This document shows, piece after piece, positions 13,471 to 25,489 of a DNA stretch of 64,000 nt. How positions within the stretch are numbered: position 1 is the first letter of the stretch; each line of letters opens with the position of its first letter. The notes beneath the pieces are model-generated. The model was not told the DNA's origin. It searched no databases and saw only the letters and a list, made by a program, of their open reading frames with translations. Position numbers and translations under genes: made by a program. Source of the stretch: Squalus acanthias (lineage: Eukaryota); the NCBI GenBank assembly GCA_030390025.1, contig CM059432.1, positions 148,864,001 to 148,928,000 on the forward strand, given 5' to 3'.

Positions 13471-13665
13471 AGACTTGTATTTTCTATAGCGCCTTTCACG
13501 GTCACCGGACGTCTCAAAGCGCTTTACAGCCAATGAAGTACTTTTGAAGTGGAGACACTGTTGTAATGTGGGAAACGTGGCAGCCAATTTGCGCACAGCA
13601 AGGTCCCACAAACAGCAATGTGATAATGACCAGATAATCTGTTTTTGTTATGCTGGTAGGTTGAT
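13465..13665 (-). mobile_element. Deu-type SINE 3' half
   Basis: gacttgtattttctatagcgcctttcacg...cagccaatttgcgcacagcaaggtcccacaaacagcaatg, shared with the 46648 and 19570 copies. Confidence 0.85.
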
Positions 13666-14124
13666 AGGCAGACATATATCTGAAATAAGTGACTGAGAAA
13701 GATAGATGTTATCAACAGCTGCCACGAAATTGCCCTAGATACACAACAATAGAAGACTAAAAACAGTGCGTCATTTAGACCCCTCCCTCGTTACGGTTCA
13801 AGCTTTCTCTAGCACATCTTTTCTCATGTGAATGGCAGTTCTGGTAAGCAGATCACATTTCTTAAGAACTGAAATCCACATCTTTTAATCTATTCTATGT
13901 TGTGCTGAGTTAGCATAGCCCAGGTTCAACAATCAACTCTAATAATAAATTGTTCACTGGAGAATAGAGAATGCCCACTACTGTTTTGTCAGTTCAGAAA
14001 GCAGAAATTATTACAATCGCTAGACCACTCGGTACAGGCTATACTAATGTGCTGATTTATTTGCAAATAAAAAATAACTGAAGCAAAAACATAAGCAAAT
14101 ATTGTGCAGCACAATCAGTAACTT

Positions 14125-17100
14125 ACGATTCTTTGTCTCTAAGATTGAGATCTTCCGTTCAGCTGCCTCTGCCACTTCCCTTCCTTCCCCAGGCCCACCG
14201 GGCCAAACTTCCTCCAAGGTTCCCCCCTGCCCTAGCCCTGAACTCACATCTTTCTCCAGTTTCTCTCCGATCTCCCCTCATGACCTCTCCGTGCTCATCT
14301 TGTCCATGAGACCCACTTCCTGCTCCTTCGACCCTATTCCCACCAAACTGCTGACCACCCAACTTCCTTTTCTGGCTCCCAAGTTAACTGATATTGTTAA
14401 CGGTTCGCTCTCCTCAGGTACTGTCCCCCTCTTCCTCAAATCTGCCGTCATCACCCCTCTCCTCAAAAAAACAACCCTTGATCCCTCCGTCCTTGCAAAC
14501 TACCGCCCCATCTCCAACCTCCCTATCCTCTCCAAAGTCCTTGAATGTGTTGTCGCCTCCCAAATCCATGCCCATCTTTCCCGCAATTCCATGTTTGAAT
14601 CCCTCCAATCAGGTTTCCGCCCTTGCCACAGTACCGAAACGGCTCTCATCAAAATCACAAATGACATCCTTTGTGACTGTGACTAAGGTAAACTATCCCT
14701 CCTCGTCCTTCTTGACTTGTCTGCAGCCTTTGACACGGTTGACCACACCATCCTTCTCCAACGCCTCTCCACCGTCGTTCAGCTGGGTGGGACTGCACTC
14801 GCCTGGATCCGTTCTTATCTATCTAATCGTAGCCAGAGAATTACCTGCAACGGCTTCTCTTAGCCTAACATCTGTGGTAGGTAAAATTTTGGAGTCCATT
14901 ATTAAGGAAACAGTAACAGGACATTTGGATAATCATAATTTAATAGGACAAAGTCAGCATGGTTTTACGAAGGGGAAGTCATGTTTGACAAATTTGCTGG
15001 AGTTCTTTGAGGAAGTAACATATAGAGTGGATAAAGGGGAACCAGTGGACGTAGTGTATTTAGACTTCCAAAAGGCATTTGACAAGGTGCCACACAAAAG
15101 ATTATTGCTTAAGGTAAAAAATCACGGGATTGGGGGTAATATTCTGGCATGGATAGAGGATTGGCTATCTAACAGAAAGCAAAGAGTTGGGATAAATGGT
15201 TCATTCTCAGACTGGCAATCAGTAACTAGTGGTGTTCCACAGGGGTCAGTGCTGGGTCCCCAACTCTTCACAATCTATATTAACGATTTGGAGGAAGGGA
15301 CCAAGTGTAACATATCAAAATTTGCAGATGATACAAAGATGGGAGGGAAAGTAGTGAGTGAGGAGGACATAAAAAACCTGCAAGGGGACATAGACAGGCT
15401 AAGTAAGTGGGCAGAGATTTGGCAGATGGAATACAACACTGGAAAGTGTGAGGTGATGCACTTTGGCAGGAAAAATCCTAGAGCAATTTATTATCTTAAT
15501 GGCAAGAAACTGGAGAGTACTGAAGTGCAAAGGGATCTGGGGGTCCTGGTGCACGAAACTCAAAAGGTTAGTATGCAGGTGCAGCAAGTGATTAAGAAGG
15601 CAAATGGAATGTTGGCTTTCATTGCTAGGGGGATAGAATATAAAAATAGGGAGGTATTGCTTCAGTTGTACAAGGTATTGGTGAGACCGCACCTGGAATA
15701 CTGCATACAGTTTTGGTGTCCTTACTTAAGGAAAGACATCCTTGCTCTCGAGGCAGTGCAAAAAAGGTTCACTCGGTTAATCCCGGGGATGAGGGGGTGG
15801 TCATATGAGGAGAGGTTGGGTAGATTGGGACTCTACTCATTGGAGTTCAGAAGAATGAGAGGCGATCTTATTGAAACATATAAGATTGTGAAGGGGTTGG
15901 ATCGGGTGGATGCGGGGAGGATGTTCCCGATGACGGGTGAGACTAGAACTAGGGGACATAGTCTTAGAATAAGGGGCTGCTCTTTCAAAACTGAGATGAG
16001 GAGAACTACTTCACTCAGAGGGTGGTAGGTCCATGGAATATGCTGCCACAAAAAGCTGTAGAAGCTACAACATTAAATAAATTTAAAACAGAAATAGACA
16101 GTTTCCTAGAAGTAAAGGGCATTAAGGGTTACGGGGAGCGGGCAGGAATTTGGACATGAGTCTAGGTTCGGATCGGTCATGGCCCTGTGGGTAGTGGAGC
16201 GGGCCCAGGGACCGTGTAGCCTGATTCTGCTCCTATTTCGTGTGTGCAATTCTGTTAGATGCAGGAGATGGTTCTGTGATAGTAGATTGGCGGTTAGGAT
16301 CAGATCAGCCATGATCTTATTGAATGGCGGAGCAGGCTCGAGGGGCCGATTGGCCTACTCCTGCTCCTATTTCTTATGTTCTTATGTTCTTCCCGCATCG
16401 TTACCTCTGGTGTCCCCCCAGGATCGATCCTTGGCCCCCTCCTATTTCTCATCTACATGCTGCCCCTTGGTGACATCATCCGAAAACACAGCGTCAGTTT
16501 CCACATGTACGCTGACGACTCCCAGCTCTACCTAACTACCTCTTCTCTCGAACCCTCCATGGTGTCTAAATTATCAGACTGCTTGTCCAACATACAGTTC
16601 TGGATGAGCAGACATTTTCTCCAATTAAATATTGGGAAGACCGAAGCCATTGTCTTCGTGCCCCGCCATAAACTCCGATCCCTAGCCACTGACTCCATCC
16701 CTCTCCCTAACATCTGTTTGAGGCTGAACCACACCGTTCGCAACCTTGGTGTCATATTTGACCCTGAAATGAGCTTCCGACCACATATCCGCAGCATAAC
16801 AAAGACCGCCTATTTCCACCTCCGTAACATCGCCTGTCTCCGACCTTGCCTCAGCTCATCAGCTGCTGAAACCCTCATCCATGCCTTGTTACCTCTAGAC
16901 TTGACTATTCCAACGCACTCCTGGCTGGCCTCGCACATTCTACCCTACGTAAACTTGAGGTTATCCAAAACTCGGCTGCCCGTGTCCTAACTCGCACCAA
17001 GTCCCGTTCGCCCATCACCCCTGTGCTCGCTGACCTATATTGGCTCCTAGTTAAGCAACGCCTTGATTTCAAAATTCTCATCCTTGTTTTCAAATCCCTT

Positions 17101-17467
17101 CATGGCCTCGCCCCTCCCTATCTCTGTAATCTCCTTCAGCCCCACAACCACCACCCCCACCATCCCCCCCCCCGAGTTATCTGCGCTCCTCAGCATCCGA
17201 TTATAATTGCTCAACCATTGGTGGCCGTGCCTTCTGCTGCCTAGGCCCTAAGCTCTGAAATTCCCCGCCTAATCCTCTCCGCCTCGCTACCTCTCTTTCC
17301 TCCTTTAAGACGCTCCTTAAAACCTACCTCTTTGACCAAGCTTTTGGTCACCTGCCCTAATTTCTCCTTAGGTGACCCGGTGTAAAAATTTTTGTCTTAT
17401 AACACTCTTGTGCAGCACCTTGGGACGTTTTACTACGTTAAAGACGCTATCTAAATACAAGTTGTTG
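14125..17467 (+). mobile_element. L2 LINE (5'-truncated ORF2 RT), split by a CR1 insertion
   Basis: L2-type motifs [64 protein letters not shown]. Tail acgctatctaaatacaagttgttg. Confidence 0.93.
14862..16391 (+). mobile_element. Young 5'-truncated CR1 LINE inserted in the L2
   Basis: Open RT frame from SLTSVVGKILES through YLDFQKAFDKVPH, GVPQGSVLGP and KFADDTK. Tail ttcttatgttcttatgttctt. L2 sequence resumes at 16392. Confidence 0.95.
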
Positions 17468-17469
17468 CA

Positions 17470-18196
17470 TTGACAGGGCTCGGAAACCAGACAGCGGAAT
17501 GGAGGCGGGAGTGGCCGGCTCCAGAAGGCAAGTGCCTCCCACAATCAGGGCCGCCACAACCTCCGATTCTGCAACCTGCCCTGCCAATGATTGCCAGGGA
17601 CCGTCCCCAAGAGTCTCTGGCTGTGGCTGCCTGCCGCTGGTTTTCCTGCCTGGCCAGCCCGGAAAATTTGGCTGGCTGCTGAGCGTGAAATCGAAGAAAA
17701 AAATGAGAGAGATCTGCCGTTAAATTCAGCAGGACCACCGCATCCCCAGCATTGCCTGGTTCTTTTGGCCACCCCCGCCCTCTCCCACCTCCCCTTAAAT
17801 ATCGGGGCTTATATGGCAGTCTCTCCATTTTGCTGAGATGCTGAGGTTGTTTCCTCTGGCTGGGGAGTCTAGAACCAGGGTCACAGTCTCAAGATAAGGG
17901 GTCGGCCATTTAGGACTGAGATGAGGAGAAATTTCTTCACTCAGAGGGTTGTGAATCTTTGGAATTCTCTACCCCAGAGGGCTGTAGATGCTCAAGTGTT
18001 GAGTATATTCAAGGCTGAGATCGATAGATTTTTGGACACTAAGGGAATCAAGGGATATGGAGATCGGGCGGGAAAGTGGAGTTGAGGTGGAAGATCAGCC
18101 ATGATCTTATTGAATGGCAGAGTAGGCTCGAGGGGCCGTATGGCTGACTCCTGTTCCTAATTCTTATGCTGCAGGATGGTAAAATCTATCCAGCCC
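17470..18196. mobile_element. GC-rich MITE remnant interrupted by a CR1 3' fragment
   Basis: GC-rich block ending aaaatctatccagccc, similar to the right TIRs of the other MITEs. Left TIR not found. Confidence 0.45.
17835..18168 (+). mobile_element. CR1 3' fragment
   Basis: tttaggactgagatgaggagaaatttcttcactcagaggg ... gatcagccatgatcttattgaatggc ... ttcttatg. Confidence 0.9.
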
Positions 18197-18554
18197 AATT
18201 TCACCAGTCTCGTGCAACAATGCAAATTTCTTGACTTAATCATGAAGGGTCCCGTTTCATCGGTACCACCTGAGCTCAGAATCATTAAGTGATCCAGCAG
18301 GAGGCTTGGCTATGCTGTAGCTCCACACAGCAAAGCCAGCCTTTCATCACCCACAGACTCTGCCCCTTTCTCACCTGTGATTAGTGACTCATCCTATGTT
18401 CCCTCTGCAATCTCACGAGTATCCTACAAAGTATGTGCATTCGGGCTAATTCCTCTTTCAAGTGACATGAGTACAGATCTGCTCCTCCTGGGTTTATGAC
18501 ATTTCATGACATTGTGGACTGTTATGTATTGACAGTACATTGCTGTGTTTCACA

Positions 18555-18980
18555 GTGTATTCACTAGCGTTTAGAAGAATCAGAGGGGATCTCATTGAAA
18601 CGTATAAAATTCTGACAGCGCTAGACAGACTGGATGCAGGGAGGATGTTTCCCCTGGCTGGGGGGGGGGTCTAGAACCAGGGGTCACAGTCTCAGGATAC
18701 GGGGTAGGACATTTAGGACTGAGATGAGGAGAAATTTCTTCACTCAGAGGGTGGTGGACCTGTGGAATTCTCTACCACAGAAGGCTGTGGAGGCCAAGTC
18801 ACTGAATACATTTAAGAAGGAGACAGATAGATTTCTAGACACAAAAGGCATCAAGGGGTATGGGGAGAGAGCGGGAATATGGTATTGAGATAGAGGATCA
18901 GCCATGATCATGTTGAATGGCAGAGCAGGCTCGAAGGGCCAAATGCCGACTCTTGCTCCTATATTACTATGTTTCTATGA
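18555..18980 (+). mobile_element. CR1 3' fragment
   Basis: SRTRGHSLRIRGRTFRTEMRRNFFTQRVV. Tail ttactatgtttctatga. Confidence 0.9.
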
Positions 18981-19569
18981 CGCAAACACTGCTTTAACCT
19001 GATTAAATCAAAATCGTTGTTCGAATGGATGCACCAGAAGCGCAATCATCTCCAAAAACAAACATCCCTCAGGCTCAGTAAACCCACTCTGAATCTTTAC
19101 AATGGTCTCCATCAGCAGTTAAGGAGTTTCATTTGCCACATGCCATGATCAGTCCCTGCATGGCGCCAGCTGTTGAAGGCCATCTTCTTCTCCAAAGAAA
19201 AGAACAGTATGCATTGCTCAATATGTAATTCAGAGAGAAGCAATGGCTGCACAATATGTGTAGATTGCATGGTGTAGGAGAATGAATATGGAAAAGCAGA
19301 GTGAGCACTTTTGGTCAGTCAGTTCTATCTGTGTATTAAAATGAACACATTTTCTTGGCTGCCAATAAGCAAGTCTGCCTTGTCTATCTAACCTGTTGTT
19401 GTATTTCAGAGTTATTACTTTTCTTCTGTGTTTTGCTACCTGCTGGACCTTTATATGGCCTTTCCAACCCATAGATGGCAGTTCTCGGTTTCCTCACACC
19501 ATCCACAATAATCTAAAGGGCCTCATCAGTAAAGCATGGGTTTTATACACCTTACTCTCTCCATCAGTA

Positions 19570-19965
19570 AGAAAGAACTTCCATTTATATAGCGCCTTTC
19601 ACAACCTCAGGATGTCCCAAAGCACTTTATAGCTAACAAAGTACTTTTAAAAAATGTCGTCATTGTTCTAATGTAGGAAACGCGGCAGCCAACTTGCACA
19701 CAGCAAGGTCCCGCAAACAGCAATGAAATAAAAGACCAGATCATCTGTTTAATGTGTTGGGTGAGGATAAATGTTGGCCAGGACATGAGAAGAACTCCCT
19801 GCTCTTCTTCGAATCGTGCCATGGGATCCTTTACATCTACCTGTGAGGGCAGACAGGGCCTCGATTCAACGTCTCATCCGAAAAAATGCACCCCTGATAG
19901 TGCAGCACTCCCTCAGTACTTCAGGAAAGTGTCTGCCTAGATTATGTGCTCAAGTCTCTGGAGTG
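19570..19965 (-). mobile_element. Deu-type SINE (head truncated)
   Basis: Contains the central block (rc: ttcggatgagacgttgaatcgaggccctgtctgccc...aaaggatcccatggcac) and the family tail. Confidence 0.85.
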
Positions 19966-21199
19966 GAATTTTGTAATTGGCTGTTCAGCTGTAAAGCATC
20001 CAAGCTCTAAGAACACAACCCGTGTTAAATCCATTCGCCAAGTGTACTAACAAAGATGGGAGAAATAAATTAATTCTGATTTGCATCACAAGTAAAGTGC
20101 ATTAAGAATAAATTAAATGCCAAAGAGTGTGGCCTATGAAGGAATACAGCAAGAGTTCATGCAAGACAAGTTTCCAACAAAGTTATTTGGAATGGAATGT
20201 TAGGAGATCTACAGTAGAAAATAGAAAGTATGTCAAGAAGTGTTGATGAGGCTACAATCAAAATTCATTCTGATTAGCTCAAAATAGACTAATGGACAAA
20301 AGAGGCCAATGTGGTTAAATAGTGGTGAAAAGACTAGGGATAAACATTCAAAATTATAAAAGCCAAAGTAGGTGAAAAAAGTAACAATTCAAATAAACAA
20401 AATATAAGGTTGTTGAGCACAGATCACAATAAAGGATTTTTCAACTATATACACTGTAAACAAAGGGTGGCTCGCTGTAAATGGTAGCGAGAAGCTAGAA
20501 TCCAGGGACATAGAAATAGCTACTTCATGTTTGTCCTTACTCAGGAAAAGGAAATAATTGACAAAATCAAATGTCAGAATTTCATAAATGATAGATGAGG
20601 AACTAAACAAATTATATAATGCTCTTGAAATAAAGTACTTCATCCATTCAACGTGCATCCACGAACAAAAAGGAGATGGAGATTGAAGTTAGCAAAGTTT
20701 TAGCCGAAATATATGCAAGTTTGCTCATCATCAGAGAGGACTCCATCTATTATATTTATTTATATAAAAGTCTTCCATCCAGAGTGTCCTTCGCACTTCA
20801 GACACTGAAAAACATGAAGAAACCCAGACATGGGTCTTTCTGACACAGCAGTATACAAGCAGTTAACATTACAGCAGCATTTTACAAGATGCAACAAATA
20901 TCTGGTTTCATCTATTTATACAATTTTCCCACAGAAAGAACACTGACCTTAAAGGGACAGGCCAGCAGCTAAACATGACAACCGCGTGTCCAGACTGTCC
21001 ATGAGTAATCACACTGGAGACCCACGAGTTACTTTTAAAAAACGCTTGAAGAAACCAAGACCAGTGAAACTTTTATAGGGAATGTCTTTAAAATAATTGA
21101 GACATAACTGGTTAACACTTGCAAAAGGACAACCTTTTCAAATGGCAATCGGCATAGGTTCGGGAAAGGCAAGGAGTTGCTGGATTTATTTTAAAGATT

Positions 21200-21760
21200 C
21201 CAGCCAGATGTCTGTGTGCAGTTCGAGTCACCTAATCATAGGAAAGTTATAATGAACCTTAATAAATGTAGAGGTGAACAAAGATAATTTCTGTTATTAG
21301 ACATTAAGTTATGAGTAATGGTGAAGGAAGTTGTCTCTGTTTTCTTTGGAATACAGTAGACTTGGAGGTGACCTAATTGAAGTTTTCAGGAAAAAAGGCC
21401 AACTGTTCACCATGGTGAAGGCTTCAAATACTGGAGAAAGCAATGTAAAAATTTGCAATCTACAAGTTAAAAAAAGACTTGTATTTATACAGCGTGTTTC
21501 ACAACTTCAGGACATCACAAGACGCTTTACCACCAAATGAAATACTTTCGAAGTGTACTAAGTAAGAAGGAAGTTTTCACCCAAAGGGTAAGAGTTGTAG
21601 AACAAGTTATCATGAAAGGCTATTGAAGTGGACAGTAGTTCAAAAGACAAAGTGGACACGTTCCTGGAAAGAGAAGGGATTGGAAAATATGGTGAAATGG
21701 TGGGTAAAGCGAGTGCTCATGCGCCTAGCAGCCTTTTTCTTCAAAGTCATTATGGGACCA
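21200..21760 (+). mobile_element. Old degraded CR1 3' fragment with a short SINE tail piece (about 21470-21560) inside
   Basis: LFSLEYSRLGGDLIEVF motif; gacttgtatttatacagcg SINE-tail piece. Confidence 0.55.
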
Positions 21761-22281
21761 ACGGATTCACTTGGCTTTCTTTCCTTTACTCTTTCCCACC
21801 ATACACTAATTTTCCTCCCAGTTCCTTTAGGTTAGACTCTGACATGGGAGGTAATCAAATCTGCATCCTATAATTTCATGTAACAAGAGTTAATGCTCCA
21901 ATTTAGTGCAACAACAGGCTGGCCAATACAGGCTAAATTCAAATGTTAGAGCCTAGATTTTCTGATATTTAGGCCCGTGTCATTGAAATAATGCCAATCG
22001 GTAAGTCTAGGCTAAGATGTCTCAATACTGTAACAAGGTGGAGCTTTTTTATGATTTGCCTTGGTTCTTATACCTGGGCTAAGACACTAGTTTTAAAACA
22101 ATTTTTGTTTTGATTTTCCCAAATTAAAAATGTTCTTTATTAGAATTAAATCTTCTAATTTCACTGAAATTTATTTTTCTTCACCGGCAGTTCAATTGCA
22201 ATCAGCATAATATTTTGAAGGATGTATTCTGCTTCTCTCAGTCCACCTGACAATTGAAAGAAGTTTTGGAATCTAGGTTAA

Positions 22282-24516
22282 CAATCCTCTGACCCCCCTT
22301 CTCCCAATCTCACCCCCTGCCGCGTTTTCACTATCCCCTCTGACCTTCCCCTCTCTGACTCCGAACGATCAGTCCTCAGCAAAGGCCTGAGCTTCATCCC
22401 CTTACGCCCCCATCTCAATGAATTTCGAGCTCGGCACGATGCTGAGCTCTTTTTCCGCCGCCTCCGTCTCCGTGCCCACTTCTCTGGCCAGGAGTCTTCC
22501 CCCCGCACGGCTGACCCTTTCTCCCGCTTTCAGAATTCTCGTTCCACCTGGACCCCTCCCTCTGGCCTCTTACCCTCTCTTGATCTTTTCATTGCTAACT
22601 GCCGCCGTGACATCGGCCAGCTCAATTTCTCTGCTCCCCTCACTCACTCCAACCTACCTCCCTCTGAACTTGCAGCACTCCATTCTCTCCGATCCAACCC
22701 TGACATTGTCATTAAACCTGCTGACAAGGGTGGCGCTGTTGTTGTTTGGCGAACCGACCTCTACCTAGCGGAAGTTGAACGCCAACTCTCTGACACCTCC
22801 TCCTACCTCCACCTGGACCATGACCCCACTACCGAACATCAAGCCACCGTGTCCAAGACTGTCACTGACCTCATCTCCTCTGGAGATCTTCCCCCCACGG
22901 CCGCCAACCTCATAGTTCCCCAACCCCGCACAGCCCGCTTCTACCTCCTTCCCAAGATCCACAAACAGGACTGCCCCGGTAGACCCATCGTTTCAGCCTG
23001 TTCTTGCCCCACGGAACTTATCTCTTCCTATCTCGACTCTATTTTTTCTCCCCTTGTCCAGTCTCTTCCCACCTACATCCGCGACTCTTCCGATGCCCTC
23101 CGCCATTTTAACAGTTTCCAGTTTCCCGGCCCCAACCGTCTCCTCTTCACTATGGACGTACAATCCCTCTACACCTCCATTCCCCACCAGGATGGCCTGA
23201 GGGCGCTCCGCTTCTTCCTTGAACAGAGGCCCAACCAGTCCCCATCCACCACCACCCTCCTCCGCCTGGCTGAACTTGTTCTCACATTGAACAACTTCTC
23301 CTTTGACTCTACCCATTTCCTCCAAATTAAAGGTGTTGCTATGGGTACCCGCATGGGTCCTAGCTATGCCTGCCTTTTCGTGGGATATGTGGAACACTCT
23401 TTGTTCCAGTCCTACTCGGGTCCCCTCCCTCACCTCTTTTTCCGGTACATTGATGACTGTATCGGTGCCGTCTCCTGCTCTCGCCCTGAACTAGAACATT
23501 TCATTCACTATGCTTCCAATTTCCACCCTTCCCTCACCTTCACATGGTCCATCTCCGACTCTTCTCTTCCCTTCCTCGACTTCTCCATCTCCATCTCTGG
23601 GGATAGGTTATTGACTAACATTCACTACAAGCCCACCGACTCCCACAGCTACCTGGACTACACTTCCTCCCACCCCGCCTCCTGTAAGGACTCTATTCCA
23701 TTCTCCCAGTTTCTCCGTCTCCGCCGCATCTGCTCTGATGATGCCACCTTCCATACCAGTGCTTCCGACATGTCTTCCTTTTTCCTCAACCGAGGATTCC
23801 CCTCTACCGTGGTCGACACGGCCCTCGACCGTGTCCGTTCTATCTCCCGCACATCTGCCCTCACCCCTGCCCCTCCCTCCCGGAACCACGATAGGGTTCC
23901 CCTTGTCCTCACCTTTCACCCCACCAGCCTCCACATTCAACGGATCATCCTCCGCCATTTCCGCCACCTCCAGCGTGATCCCACCACCAAACACATCTTC
24001 CCCTCACCTCCCCTTTCAGCATTCCGCAGGGACCGCTCCCTCCGCGACACCCTAGTCCACTCCTCTACCACCCCCAGCACCCCTTCCCCTTCGCCCGGCA
24101 CCTTCCCGTGCACGCGCAGGAGATGCAACACATGCCCTTATACCTCCCCTCTTCCCACTGTCCAGGGCCCCAAACACCCCTTCCAGGTGAAACAGCGATT
24201 TACTTGTACTTCCTGCAATTTAGTATACTGTATTCGCTGCTCACGATGTGGACTCCTCTACATTGGGGAGACCAAACGCAGATTGGGTGACCGCTTTGCG
24301 GAACACCTCCGTTCAGTCCGTAAGGGGGACCCCGAGCTCCCGGTGGCCTGTCACTTTAATTCACCGCTTCACTCCCACTCTGACCTCACCGTCCTCGGCC
24401 TAATACACTGTTCCACGGAAGCTCAGCGTAAGCTCGAGGAACAGCACCTCATCTTTCGTTTAGGCACGCTACAGCCCTCTGGACTCAATATCGAGTTCAA
24501 CAATTTTAGATCATAA
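22282..24516 (+). mobile_element. Penelope-like retroelement (Neptune-type), RT + GIY-YIG endonuclease, uninterrupted frame of 744 codons, 5'-truncated
   Basis: Hand translation extends the 555-aa ORF upstream to a stop at 22279-22281. Motifs: LSKGLSFIP, KPADKGGAVVVW, FYLLPKIHK, GRPIVS, TMDVQSLYTSIPH, GVAMGTRMGPSYA, FRYIDD, YKPTD, linker CTRRRCNTC, VYCIRCSRCGLLYIGETKRRLGDRFAEH, GLN. Confidence 0.96.
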
Positions 24517-24905
24517 CCTCAGCTCCAATCACATTTATATTTTATTTTATCCACCCTTTTATTTGTCCCCCCCACCCTTTTATGGGACTTTGCACCACAC
24601 ACATCACTTGCTCCAACCATAACAGTACATTCTGCATTATATGGTAAATGCTCCTGTCATTATAAAACAGCATAACTTGTGACTTCCCTTGAGCAACACC
24701 ATGGGATATCCACTGGTATTATGGATATATCTTTTTAATAAGTTTCAATTCAGAAATCTTAATTAGTACTTGGTGTTCACCAAAATTCCCGTATTTTTAT
24801 TTGATTATTTAGTAGTGAAGATACTATATAGGAGGGACTGAATGTCCTACTCCTGTTCCTATGTAACCGAAAGAGTGAACTGGATACACCAGTGCTAAAG
24901 ACTTG

Positions 24906-25485
24906 GGGCTAAAAATTGAGTAGCGCCCCCGCGACGGAAATTGAGGCGCTACTGGAAGGGCACCGCATCCCTCTGGGGGCGCTGCAAGGGAATATCGCGG
25001 CACTATGTGCCGTCGAGCCGCGGTATTGCAGGCCTTCCTCCCCTTCTTAAAGGGGAGGAACCTTGCGCAGCGCGACCCAGGACCCAGTTGGGCATTCAAG
25101 AGAAGTGCCGGGCTCATGGAGCGCAGCTGGCACTCCGCGGGGGGCGGGTAAAGAGGCCGGGGACGGGAGCGGAGGCAGGTGCTGGCAGACGGCCAGCAAC
25201 AAAAATGGCCACCCCGCACCTCACCTTTAAATAGCACCTCCCCGGCCGCAGGTAGGCCCCCCTGACCCCGTCGGACACAGCATTCGGCGGTAAGTCAGGG
25301 GGTGCTCCCAAAGATAGCGGCCGGGGCGCTGCGATGACGTCACTGCCGGCGGCGCAGCGCCGTGGGGCACTACCGGTTACCACCGCCGCTAACCTCCCAT
25401 TGAATTTCGTGGGAGGCGTAGGCGGCGCCGCGCCCGGGCCTCTAGGGCGCTAACGGGAGGCGCAAAGCAACCGAATTTTTCCCCC
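24906..25485. mobile_element. GC-rich Harbinger-like MITE
   Basis: TIRs GGGCTAAAAATT / AATTTTTCCCCC (10/12 match). 3-bp TSD TTG at 24903-24905 and 25486-25488. Same family as 42443-43024. Confidence 0.8.
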
Positions 25486-25489
25486 TTGA

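Noticed and set aside
14394..16028. 544-aa ORF as a novel Ser/Pro-rich RT fusion protein
   Set aside because: The N-terminal about 155 aa is an off-frame reading of L2 that happens to run into the inserted CR1 RT at 14862, so it is a nesting artefact.
22993..24131. Several antisense and overlapping ORFs over the Penelope frame
   Set aside because: Shadow ORFs caused by the C-rich, stop-poor composition; no recognisable motifs.
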